A stretch of 64,000 nt of DNA from an uncultured bacterium (GTDB taxonomy: Bacteria; Hydrothermota; UBA3073; NMUJ01; CBEVQO01). Below, piece by piece: positions 48,124 to 58,500 of this stretch (positions are counted from its first letter, which is position 1; each line of letters starts with the position of its first letter). The notes under the pieces were generated by a model. The model did not search any database and was not told the DNA's origin. It saw only the letters and a program-made list of their open reading frames with translations. Position numbers and translations under genes: made by a program. The stretch lies in NCBI GenBank assembly GCA_965552055.1, contig CBEVQO010000002.1, positions 430,796-494,795 of the forward strand. The letters are read 5' to 3'.

Positions 48124-50073
48124 TTATTTTTTAATAACAGCTATTGCGAGTGCTATATCTTTCAGTAAAGCAACCCACTGGGTTACCATATCCAATATGG
48201 ATTTCTTTTCAACGAGATAAGGCTTCGGAGGCACAACTATTATATCACCTGGTTCAACTTTTTGACGCCTTCCTCTTATTACTTTGCCCGATGCCTTTAT
48301 AACATACACATCTTTTTTTAAAGCATCAGGTGTAAAACCTCCTGCCAATTTTATATAATGTAAAGCAGATGAACCTTCTGCATAGGAAATTATACCGGGC
48401 TGATAAACACAGCCTATAACCTGAATATAATTAGGTTTTGACGGGACATGTAAGCTGTCGCCATTTTCCACTATCACATCAAATTTTTTCTCCTTTCTCA
48501 TTACTTTCTCCAAATCAATAGCAACCCTTCCCTTTCCCGCAAATGCCTGTAATTGCTGTAAAAATTTCGTTTTCATAAATAAAGTATATTCCTTCCTTCG
48601 TTTTTTTAACGGGTCTCTTTCTGTTTTAATTTCTTCCTTTAGTTGCGTAATTTCGGATTGCAATCCCGCGATCTGGGGCTTTACAAAAACATTTACATAT
48701 TTTTGTGCAACTTTGCGATAAAAAACAGCACCTTTTAAATAAGCATTGGGTGTAAAACCACCAGCTCTCTCAACAACCTCGGAAAGATGTGTACCACGCG
48801 GCACAAAATATACCCCTGGTTTATTAAATTCACCTGTTAAAGTAACTTTCACAAAGTCAGGTAACGCATATTTTATCTTCTTAAATGAAAATACATAAAT
48901 ACTGTCATTATCATTCAAAGGCAGTATCGAATCTTTCATCAAATTTATAAAAAATTTCTCCCTTTCGCCTTTTTCATTGTATCTGAAAAGCAAAGCAGTT
49001 TCATAATAAGTATCGTATTTTAATCCCCCTGCTTTTTTTATCAAATCGGAAAGTGTAAGTCCTTTATTGAATTCATATTTTCCTGGAACATTAACATTAC
49101 CATCTATGCTCACAACATGTTTCATCTGTAAAGGCAGTTTTTCAACTACTATGATATCCCCATTCTGCACCTTAAATTTAGAGAAATCCGAACTCTTAAC
49201 TTCCATCATTTCTCTGGCATTACCTTTTTGTCTTATAACCTTCACAAAATCTCTCATGGCAAAAGGTGAAAATCCGCCCGACATTTTTATCACTTCTGAT
49301 ATGGTTTCGCCTCCCCTTAGCTCGTATATCGCTGGACGCTTCACTTCTCCTGTTATACAGACAACTTCCTTCAAAGGCGGAACAAATATTACATCACCAT
49401 TCTCTAAAAAGATTTTTTCTATCGATTTCCCGTGAAGTAAAAGGTCATAAAGGTCGATTTTTTCTCTTTTACCGGCATGAATATAAACGATGTCTCTGAG
49501 AGAACCTGTTTTCTTTATCCTTCCTGCATAAAGAATGACTTGAGTTAAATCGTATGTCGCAGGTAAAAGATGATAACCAGGAGAATAAACCTCACCCAGA
49601 ATAAGAACCGAAATATTACGAATGCCCTCAAGTGAAACATCAACACCTATATTGGAGTAAATACCTAAAAGCTTGTCCCTTATAACCTTTTCAGCCTCAT
49701 TCAAAGTTAAACCAGCAACATAAATGGGACCCGTGTTCGGTAGAACAACTTTCCCTTCTTTATCTACCGTTAAACTAAAAGTTTGATTAACCTTACCCCA
49801 TACATTCACAGAAAGGCGGTCATCCGGACCCAATCTGTAATCTTCGGGAACATTATAAGGAACAGGAAAAATCTTATTTAATTCAAAGATATCATAACCA
49901 AATTGAAATACTTTTACTGTGTCAAATCCCAATATTTCTGAAAAAGATTTCTCAACTTTTGATATCTCTTTTAACCTCTGGATATAAATCGTTTCGGCAT
50001 AGAAAGGTCTTAATTGAATATCGGGGCTTATTTTTTGAAAATTTGATATTTGAATTAATATAAAAAATAACAT
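48124..50073 (-). CDS. Polysaccharide export protein with multiple SLBB domains (Wza/KpsD-like)
   Basis: DYRLGPDD; GLTL.EA; repeated GEV..PG / GD.I.VP units. Confidence 0.85.
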   Translation of the reverse strand: MLFFILIQISNFQKISPDIQLRPFYAETIYIQRLKEISKVEKSFSEILGFDTVKVFQFGYDIFELNKIFPVPYNVPEDYRLGPDDRLSVNVWGKVNQTFSLTVDKEGKVVLPNTGPIYVAGLTLNEAEKVIRDKLLGIYSNIGVDVSLEGIRNISVLILGEVYSPGYHLLPATYDLTQVILYAGRIKKTGSLRDIVYIHAGKREKIDLYDLLLHGKSIEKIFLENGDVIFVPPLKEVVCITGEVKRPAIYELRGGETISEVIKMSGGFSPFAMRDFVKVIRQKGNAREMMEVKSSDFSKFKVQNGDIIVVEKLPLQMKHVVSIDGNVNVPGKYEFNKGLTLSDLIKKAGGLKYDTYYETALLFRYNEKGEREKFFINLMKDSILPLNDNDSIYVFSFKKIKYALPDFVKVTLTGEFNKPGVYFVPRGTHLSEVVERAGGFTPNAYLKGAVFYRKVAQKYVNVFVKPQIAGLQSEITQLKEEIKTERDPLKKRRKEYTLFMKTKFLQQLQAFAGKGRVAIDLEKVMRKEKKFDVIVENGDSLHVPSKPNYIQVIGCVYQPGIISYAEGSSALHYIKLAGGFTPDALKKDVYVIKASGKVIRGRRQKVEPGDIIVVPPKPYLVEKKSILDMVTQWVALLKDIALAIAVIKK

Positions 50074-50079
50074 TTCCTA

Positions 50080-50163
50080 TGCCGAAGGGGGGACTTGAAC
50101 CCCCACCCCCTTGCGGAGACAGGGTCCTGAACCCTGCGCGTCTACCAGTTCCGCCACTTCGGC
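50080..50163 (-). tRNA. tRNA-Leu(CAG)
   Basis: GCCGAAG/CTTCGGC; CAGGG-TTCAGGA-CCCTG; variable arm; GGTTCAAGTCC. Confidence 0.95.
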
Positions 50164-50164
50164 A

Positions 50165-53100
50165 CTATCTGAAATTAACCTCAGCACCAAAACCTACTTT
50201 AAAATCTAACCTCCCTTCGTTCCTGCCCTTAAAATAATTTATCTCAAAAATCCCTGCTCCCGTTAACTGACGATTTATCCTGTAGTTCAACTTTAAGTCA
50301 ACACCCGCTGTCTTCCTGTCTTCCATTACTGTCCACTTCATTTTGCTATTATTATTTAAATCACTTCCTCCCTTTGTCAAGCTATTTTTTTCAGCTTCTT
50401 CACCGCCTCGAAGCTGGTATTTGCGGGATAATGTATATTCACCTGACAATGTTAAATTCACAACATTTTTCAATCTAATGTAGCCAAAAAATGGCAAATG
50501 TATTCCCTTGCGAGTATCTAAAGTCCTGCGAGTCGAGAATCTAAAATTAAAATCATAACCCTTTGTCCTGTTAACCATACCATAGGAGGAGAATTCCCCT
50601 TTTTCCAAGGAGTAATTAAAAGAGAAATCTACCTCTATACTTTTTATAAACCGAATCCTGGGTGACACACCCGTTGTAAAGGTCTTTTCTACTCTCTCCT
50701 TCTTTTCTGTCTCTCTTGTCCTCTTTATTAAATATCCGAGTGAAATACCCGATAAGGAAATACGCTCCACCATTGGCAAATACTTTGACAATATTTGAAA
50801 ATAGCTGTCATTGAGACCCACATCTATGCTGAAATTATGTGTTATTATCTTTGTGGGTGATAAATTTGCTCTCGTCTTGCTGATTTCCTGTGAATAATCG
50901 TAGGTAAACGACAATCTGTTAAAAATTAACCATTTTTTAAATTCAAATCCCTTTACCCTGATTGCGCGCTTCTTTCTCTGCGGAAAATTAATGGTATCGT
51001 AGTCATAAGGTATCTCATCTTTAAACGGATGAAATTTAAATATCCACCATTTTTTATCAGCTTTTAATGGAAAAGCAATCAAACCATCTATTTCCCTGAA
51101 TTCCTTTCTCCTCGATAGCTCGAAACTAACCCCATTCCAGCTTAAATGTTTTTCAATAAATTCACCTGCAAAAGGTATCCACTTCATCACTTTAAAGACA
51201 TCAAAATAAATATCAGCCTTCCAGTTTACATTTTTATTTATGCGTGCAACCGGATTTTCGATGTCTTTAACTACGGTATCTACATTTGGAATAGTTGCTC
51301 TCCTTTTTAGAGTCAATGAAATGTTTAATGAAGGTGAGAGACGAATTAGGGTAAAAACGGGGACCGATAAATTGATAGCAAGGTCTTCTTTTGTATCGGG
51401 AATCCACCATTTTATTATCCTGCCCCATTCTTCGTATTGCCTTGGTCTAACACGCAAATTGATAGGCGAAGGAATATCAGGCGAATATCTTGCAGAAAAA
51501 CTCGCTTTCTTATCACCCAGTGATGGAAATTTTAAACTAAAACCTAAACTCGGAATATTGCTGACCTTTATCTCTTGTTTTACTGTCCTTTTAAATTTCT
51601 CACCTTTATTCTTATCTAAAACATAAGAATACGAATATGATAAACCTCTGCTTTTCATAAAAGGTAATTTAAAAGATAAAACACTTCCACTTAATGAATA
51701 ACTATAAGAAAACTTATACCCATTTCTTTCTTCTGTAAAACTTCTTCTTAAATCCGCACGGCTGATATTGAATATCGGTAATGAAAAGGGTTGGGTTATA
51801 GAGAAAAATTTTGAATCAATGTCTGTCTTGTATTTTTTCCTCTCTTTTAAAGGAATTTTAATATCACTTTTCGGGAGATATGTTGGTATTTTTACACTTT
51901 TTTTGTAGTTAAATCTCGTTGTTATTTCTTTACCTCTTACAGGTATTTTCAATGTTGGAGCAATTTCAATTTCCCTTTTTGCTATGTGAGCAGGTTTACT
52001 TCCTATTTTTGAGAAATCCGCTGAATTATCCGTATATTTGGCGGTAACGCCTATGAGATTTTTAAACATGTTCAATTTCAATGTCGTTTGAATTATCTTT
52101 CCTTTCCTCACTCTTGGGGAAACAAGCGTTAACTCATTGACATAAACCTCTGCATCGATTGGTTCTGTCTCATCGTTAAGCAATTCAAGTTCCATAAATT
52201 TTATCTGGCTTAGAGAAGGATTGCCTTTCTTTATGAAATTCCCGCTCGTATCTTTTTCGACTGACTTCAATCTCGGAAAAGAATCTAACGGTATAACCCA
52301 TGGCTCATTCCAGTCATTCTGAACCTTTCTTGTATATGCATACCAGTCGTTTTCACCCGTGCAGAATTTAATAACGAGTCGCCCCCTGTTACCTTTTACA
52401 TAAACCCTTGCTTCGTTGTAATCCATTAAATCTCTCGGATTATTAAACCTTAACCTGGCTACACCTTTATGCCCTGGCAGTAAATTCCTTGCCCTTAATA
52501 TAAGAGAACCTTCAACTTCCCTTCCCATGCCTATTACACCTGTCTCACGGGTACCCTCGATGCCCTCTGGTGGACGATAAAGCGTATCTTCCTCTGTAGT
52601 AACGGCATCTATCTCAAACTCACCTCCAAGGCTATCAGAAGGGAAAATCCCAAGATTAACCCATTTCGGAGTCACTATGCTAAACTCCACTATCTCAATT
52701 TTATCACCAGGTTTTAAACTATCGAACCATATTCTCAGGAATTTTATACATCTCCATGTAGGCTTGCCAACACTATCTGCCTCTTTTAACGGCACACGAT
52801 ATAGTTTCCAGCCATGACTCTCTTTTAAATAATTTTTGTTTAACTTCAATTTAAAAGAAAAATAAGATGGCTCTTTTCCGTCAAGTACCCTATCTTTATC
52901 AAGGTCCTCTGAATCTATTTCTTTATTTCTCTCTGTGCCGTTTATCCTCAAATAACCTTCTTTTTCCGAGAAATCATCGTTACCATCGTCCCTGATTGAA
53001 TCTGGCAAATCTGGATTGAAATCAGCATCATTACCTGCTACACCATCGAGTCCAACATCTTCACCTGCATCGAGCATCCTGTTTTCATTCTTATCCTCTG

Positions 53101-55471
53101 TATCCAGTTTATTATTCGGTGGAATTAACCTGCCCGAGGCATCTCTCCTTACAATGTCCTCTGAAATCTCCCCACCCACATCTATATGCATTATTGCATC
53201 GCAATTTGATTTCGCCCAAAACTCAATGTAGGTTGCCTCCTTATAATCTTCTCCTGCGGTGGAAATGCAGGTGAGCAGGGATGTCCAGTGATAATCATAA
53301 TTGTCATCATATCGCCATTTTTCTGTTATCGTATCGGGCAATACAATACAAAGAGGTGTGCGCGTCTCACCACCGTAATACCCCGGATAAAACCATTTAT
53401 AAAGGGGCTTCTCCTTTTCTTTCTTTGGATTATACCATATAACCTGGGCAAAGTTCCAAAGTCTCTTACCGGGAACACTACCGCATATCCATTTTCTGTA
53501 AAATAAATTTATCCTGTCTTTTATCAACCCTGCATCCATATCATCTATGTATCCTGCACCTCTGGTATTCGGATTGTAAAATGTATATCCGCCTTGCATC
53601 GATATTTCCATATCTGCGAAAGATGCAGTGAATTTCTTCTTAAAGAACATTTCTGTTCCAAACAATCTAAAAGGTGCTGAATAAAACTTGGGCTTCAGCT
53701 CAAGAGGTGGTGCTGTCTGCGATAAAAGTGTGAAACCAAAATCACCTGTCCGGCTTACTCCCTGTATGATAAATAACTGCTTGGCACCTATTTGAATAAA
53801 CTGTTTATACCTGTAAGTAACTTTAATTTCAGCATTGGGGGACATAGCTTCTTTATCATAAATCACAATCTCTCCTGTCTCATAATCTATGGAATAATCT
53901 TTGCCCCTTTTTAACTCCCTGCCGTTTAAAATTACTGTCTCGGAACTATCTTCCACAGGCACATTCTTTAATCGTATCTTTTTAACTTCTTTTGGTTGAA
54001 ATTTTATTTTTATCGCATACGTGGGTTCAAAATCGGTAAAATCCTGAATGTTATAAATCGTATCCGGTGGTGATAACTTCTCAAAGGGTTTAAAATCAGG
54101 GAAATATAAAAAGCCATAATCAAAATTAACATACTCTATTTTGACAGCATTCTCATCCCCTATTCCAAGTAGTTCTCTGTATTTAATTCCATTTTCATCT
54201 CTTACTTTTAAACTTTCCTGACCTGCTTCTGTCCTTATTATTTTATAAACCTCAACATCAAAATTTCTTTCCTCAACTGGTTCGGTTGAAAATTGATAAA
54301 TGTTTTTTAACTCATACTCCCATGAAATGTAGTCCACATAGTTTGTGCTCCTATCCCTCCTTATAACAATTAAATTGGTAAATGTGTCTCTTACCGGATA
54401 AAAACTTCCAACGGTATCTATCTTTGAACCATCCTGATAAATGTAGGTTACAGCAAGCCAGTCAGATGAAGAGAGCGAAGTTTTCAAATATAATATCTCT
54501 CCTACATTGCTCGGCAACAATTCATACTCTTCCTTTTCCATCTCTTTCACCATCATTAACTTCTCATCTTTCTCACCTTTTTTGCTCCAGTCCACCAGTA
54601 TCGCTGGATATGTAACATCCTCGGGATAATAACTTGTTGTAAACACACGACAATCTATAATCGTAAAATTGGAAGAAATTTGCTCATTGGGTTTCAAAAG
54701 GAAAAATTTATCTTTAGTAAATTGATAATCGTATAATAAAACACTATCTATCCTTGCTTTACCAGTGAACTTCTCGGTCTTGAGCTCCGATCTCTCCAGT
54801 GCATAAAATATCCACAAATCTAAAGGTCCGAATTGCATCTTAGATTGAAGACCAAACATCCCTCCCATGCCAAGCGCAAGATTGCCCATCACTTTCGGGC
54901 CATAAAGCTGAGACGGTTTTATATCGCCTCCGTTTATAGTTTTTATTATCTCATGTTCCAGCCCCTCATATCTTATCTTAACCATATTCTGCCATGTGAA
55001 TTCCCTTTTCGCATCATAGGATATATCCGTGTGAATCTTTTGCCCAATGGTACCCCTTGCCCTTAGCTGCATGTCATGATCCATCCACATATTTGTTGTC
55101 ATTTTAGAATATTCACTTAATTTCTCGCCAAAAGGCTTTGTGCCCTGCAAACCCATATCTACCTTCACAAGTCCCCTTTCAACTTTTAAATTACCACCCT
55201 GACCGATAATACCAACAATCGGAGAAGGTAATTGAAGCGGTAAACTTATCTGCAAACCACTTATACGCGGTAGAGATTTTAATTCAGCTCTCCACCTGTC
55301 AACCAGAGCTTCACGAAAACTTGAATAAAGTAAACTATCAGAAAAATTACGAAAAGATAAATAACTTACACCAATAAGTAAAGTATCATAATAATATTCT
55401 TTAACCAAATAATCGTTTTCGACATCTATTTTTATGTTATTTAAAGCAAACAGAAAAATTAATTTCAGCAT
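50165..55471 (-). CDS. sprA: SprA/Sov-like giant outer-membrane protein (T9SS translocon homologue)
   Basis: G.IGQK; KIRYEG.E.EIIK; GMFG; SE.V.LNG..L.RG.DY.IDY..G; GEISED; DTEDKN; DVGLDG; NGTE.N; VNEL; C-terminal beta-signal. Confidence 0.75.
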   Translation of the reverse strand: MLKLIFLFALNNIKIDVENDYLVKEYYYDTLLIGVSYLSFRNFSDSLLYSSFREALVDRWRAELKSLPRISGLQISLPLQLPSPIVGIIGQGGNLKVERGLVKVDMGLQGTKPFGEKLSEYSKMTTNMWMDHDMQLRARGTIGQKIHTDISYDAKREFTWQNMVKIRYEGLEHEIIKTINGGDIKPSQLYGPKVMGNLALGMGGMFGLQSKMQFGPLDLWIFYALERSELKTEKFTGKARIDSVLLYDYQFTKDKFFLLKPNEQISSNFTIIDCRVFTTSYYPEDVTYPAILVDWSKKGEKDEKLMMVKEMEKEEYELLPSNVGEILYLKTSLSSSDWLAVTYIYQDGSKIDTVGSFYPVRDTFTNLIVIRRDRSTNYVDYISWEYELKNIYQFSTEPVEERNFDVEVYKIIRTEAGQESLKVRDENGIKYRELLGIGDENAVKIEYVNFDYGFLYFPDFKPFEKLSPPDTIYNIQDFTDFEPTYAIKIKFQPKEVKKIRLKNVPVEDSSETVILNGRELKRGKDYSIDYETGEIVIYDKEAMSPNAEIKVTYRYKQFIQIGAKQLFIIQGVSRTGDFGFTLLSQTAPPLELKPKFYSAPFRLFGTEMFFKKKFTASFADMEISMQGGYTFYNPNTRGAGYIDDMDAGLIKDRINLFYRKWICGSVPGKRLWNFAQVIWYNPKKEKEKPLYKWFYPGYYGGETRTPLCIVLPDTITEKWRYDDNYDYHWTSLLTCISTAGEDYKEATYIEFWAKSNCDAIMHIDVGGEISEDIVRRDASGRLIPPNNKLDTEDKNENRMLDAGEDVGLDGVAGNDADFNPDLPDSIRDDGNDDFSEKEGYLRINGTERNKEIDSEDLDKDRVLDGKEPSYFSFKLKLNKNYLKESHGWKLYRVPLKEADSVGKPTWRCIKFLRIWFDSLKPGDKIEIVEFSIVTPKWVNLGIFPSDSLGGEFEIDAVTTEEDTLYRPPEGIEGTRETGVIGMGREVEGSLILRARNLLPGHKGVARLRFNNPRDLMDYNEARVYVKGNRGRLVIKFCTGENDWYAYTRKVQNDWNEPWVIPLDSFPRLKSVEKDTSGNFIKKGNPSLSQIKFMELELLNDETEPIDAEVYVNELTLVSPRVRKGKIIQTTLKLNMFKNLIGVTAKYTDNSADFSKIGSKPAHIAKREIEIAPTLKIPVRGKEITTRFNYKKSVKIPTYLPKSDIKIPLKERKKYKTDIDSKFFSITQPFSLPIFNISRADLRRSFTEERNGYKFSYSYSLSGSVLSFKLPFMKSRGLSYSYSYVLDKNKGEKFKRTVKQEIKVSNIPSLGFSLKFPSLGDKKASFSARYSPDIPSPINLRVRPRQYEEWGRIIKWWIPDTKEDLAINLSVPVFTLIRLSPSLNISLTLKRRATIPNVDTVVKDIENPVARINKNVNWKADIYFDVFKVMKWIPFAGEFIEKHLSWNGVSFELSRRKEFREIDGLIAFPLKADKKWWIFKFHPFKDEIPYDYDTINFPQRKKRAIRVKGFEFKKWLIFNRLSFTYDYSQEISKTRANLSPTKIITHNFSIDVGLNDSYFQILSKYLPMVERISLSGISLGYLIKRTRETEKKERVEKTFTTGVSPRIRFIKSIEVDFSFNYSLEKGEFSSYGMVNRTKGYDFNFRFSTRRTLDTRKGIHLPFFGYIRLKNVVNLTLSGEYTLSRKYQLRGGEEAEKNSLTKGGSDLNNNSKMKWTVMEDRKTAGVDLKLNYRINRQLTGAGIFEINYFKGRNEGRLDFKVGFGAEVNFR

Positions 55472-55508
55472 TCACATCAACTTCCATACCCCTCCTTCTT
55501 ACACTAAT

Positions 55509-55535
55509 AAATTAACCAATTTCAATTATTGTCAA
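55509..55535 (-). promoter_or_regulatory. promoter TTGACA-N15-TAATTT
   Basis: Upstream of the sprA operon. Confidence 0.65.
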
Positions 55536-55551
55536 GGTCAAAATTAAATTT

Positions 55552-58500
55552 TTAGTGAATTTTGACGAATTTTTTAATCAGTTTTTGAGATTCGGCATCT
55601 ATGTGCAAGAAGTAAACTCCCTGAGGTAAATGTTTAACCCTCATTTTTATAATGCCATCGCCCGCATCATACAGAGATTTTTCTTCCACCACTCTACCCG
55701 TTACATCGTATATTCTGAATCTTACTTTTATTTTATCAGGTAAGTAATACCTTACAGTCAAATAATCTCTCACGGGATTTGGCATCGTCCTGAATTTCAC
55801 CTTGTCAAAGTCAAATTTCGATTGCACACCTCCTCTGCAGACATGTTCCATCGCAGAAAGCAAAACATAAGCTGTATGAAAACCGGTAATGGCAAGATTA
55901 TAGCAATACCACTCAATCCCTAAAATCTGCATATCAGGTGCAGGAGTGTTATAATAATCCCTTCCTTTCTTTATCGCTTTAATCGCCAGCCTGAAGAGAC
56001 TGTCACGGACGGTGTTTGTGAGATTTACTTCCCTCATCTTTTGCAGTGTCAACAAATCGCATGCTTCAGCAAGTAAAAAGCTCCAGCTCCTCAAACTATC
56101 AATCTCTCCATTCCGACCTTTACCTCTTATTTTTAGCAACCTCGCAGCTTCTTTCATCTTAAGAACCGATTTGTTAATTCTTATGAAAGTCCTGTTTACA
56201 CAATGCCATGAATCACTAAATGTGGATTCGGCAAACACAAGCTCTTTTATCGCACGATTTAGCTTATTTCTAACACATCTCATATCAACTTCCATGTTCT
56301 GCAGATTTTCTTTAACATATCTAACCCTGCACAAAGGAGGGAATTCCTGCCTGTAATAACCCGCTGATACGAATATAAAGCTCAATTTTTGAGTGTGGGG
56401 AATTGTATCAAATTCAATATCCAGTCTCTCGCCTATTCTCAACTGGACAAATGTTCTATTTGTATCACAAAGTTTATCTTTCATTTCACCTTCGATTGAA
56501 TGCTTTGCACTCTGCGGATAAATCAATGTTGGGGTTATGTTTTCTGTGACATTACATGCAACGATTTCATCGAGTGCGAATGCACACGGATAATTAACTC
56601 TAAGCCAGAGATAACCCGATTGACCCTGAGGCACATGGATAAGCAGATAATGAGGTGCGGGAATTTCTCTCTGATAGAAAATCTCACCTTCCGCCATAAC
56701 TTCAAATTGCACAGGAGGATATGCTCCCATAACTCTCTCGCATTGATAGGGTGCATCTTCCGGGAAAATAACTATATTGCCCGCTTCTATCTCTTTCTTT
56801 ATCGCCTCTGGTGACGGAATTTCTTCGGGAGGTATTTCGGGATATTCCGGAGGTCTCGAAGGAGCTTCCAGTTGATTCGTGAACCTTATTGCGATATCCT
56901 CTCCCATACCAGATATATCGAAGCAGACAAAAAGCACATCTTTTTCATCACCTCTGTATCTCCATCCATCAGCATATTTTACAAGTGAAAGAACACTTTG
57001 ACCACATTGATTGTAGCAGAATAAAGGATGTGAAATTTTATCATAACCAAAAATCTTGCCTGATGATGTTAAACCAATTTTCACACTCTCCGGATGCTCA
57101 ACGACAATTAATGCTACACCATCAAGATAAACCCTATCACGGTGACCTTCAAAAATTGTAAATTTATATTTGCCTGAGACAGCAGATGGGCTAAATCGAA
57201 TCGGATAGAAATCAATGAAATAATCCCTGAAAGGATTCAAAATATTATTTTCCACAATGTAAATTGAATCTACAAATGTTGCGAGGATAGGACAATGTGA
57301 TGGTTTTTCCGGAGGAGATGGTGATGGTGCAGGTATTTCTTCTGTTGAATAAAATTTTATCTCGTAGGGTGCTTTATCTCCCCGAGTATATGCGACATAA
57401 ATTTCATCATCTTTTATACCGATTTGCGGATGATAACAGTTTGTATCGCCCGATACAGTTTGTGGTGTTTCCCAATTCTCGCTGCCTGCATCCCATTTTG
57501 CAAGTTTTATTCTCCATATACCTCCTTCTTTTTGCATCCATACTAGACCTTTTTCCGCAAGTATTTGAGGGAAATTAGAAGAATAAGAAGGTAAATTTTC
57601 AAGCCGATGAATTATGAAAGCAGGAGTGTATTCTGGCTCTGGTTCGGGTTCCGGTTCGGGAGATGCTATATCATCCGGCTGTGGAGGAATGTAAGCCAGA
57701 GTGTAAGACGATGTAGAAGCCGACTGATAAACTGGTTCGATCAATGCCCAGTAGATTGTATCATCTTTGACCCATGAAAGCCACAAATCACCCGAAGATG
57801 AAATATCCATAGAAGGATGTTCTCCTTTTGACACAAACATTATGGTATCAATCACGATACTGTCACACACTCTGAAACTCATAAATCTATTCCATGGCAT
57901 TTTCCTAATCCTTGTAAGGAATAGAGAATCATTAACGGAGAAGGCAATAAATACAAAAGAATCTTTCACGGCAATGGATGGCGAAGCAATATAATGTCCT
58001 GTGTCAATTTCTACAATGCCAATTTCTTCTCTTGATGCTATTTTGTATTTTCTGTAGTTATAAAGATAAGTCCCGGGAGCACCTGATGCTCCATAAACAT
58101 CTGCAGGAAGTTTTGTGCAATCAATGTAAATAAGGCTCCAGCTCCGTCCACCTGTAAGTGGCACGGATAATTTTTCAACAGTAAGATAAGGTCTATCGGT
58201 GAACCATAGTGAGGGAGTTGAAAAATATTTGCGTGGATAAATATTTATCGTTATAGTGTCAACTGCCCTTATTTCGTCCGGATAATATGTTTTGATTTTA
58301 AGATATTCTTTATTTCCTTCGGTTTCAATCCATGCATAAGAGTATTGCGAGACACATGCAGGGCATCTGCCATTTTGCAATGGCTCTTCTCTGAAAGGAG
58401 CATTTAGGTTTTGAGATAGCCATATTTTACCCTGTTTTGTGAACATAAGCACAGGAGGGTCAAACTTCCTGTTGTTATTGGCAAATAATGCCTTGTCAAC

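Noticed and set aside
57631..57660. (PE)n low-complexity repeat
   Set aside because: Ordinary Pro-rich linker with degenerate codons, not a contingency repeat
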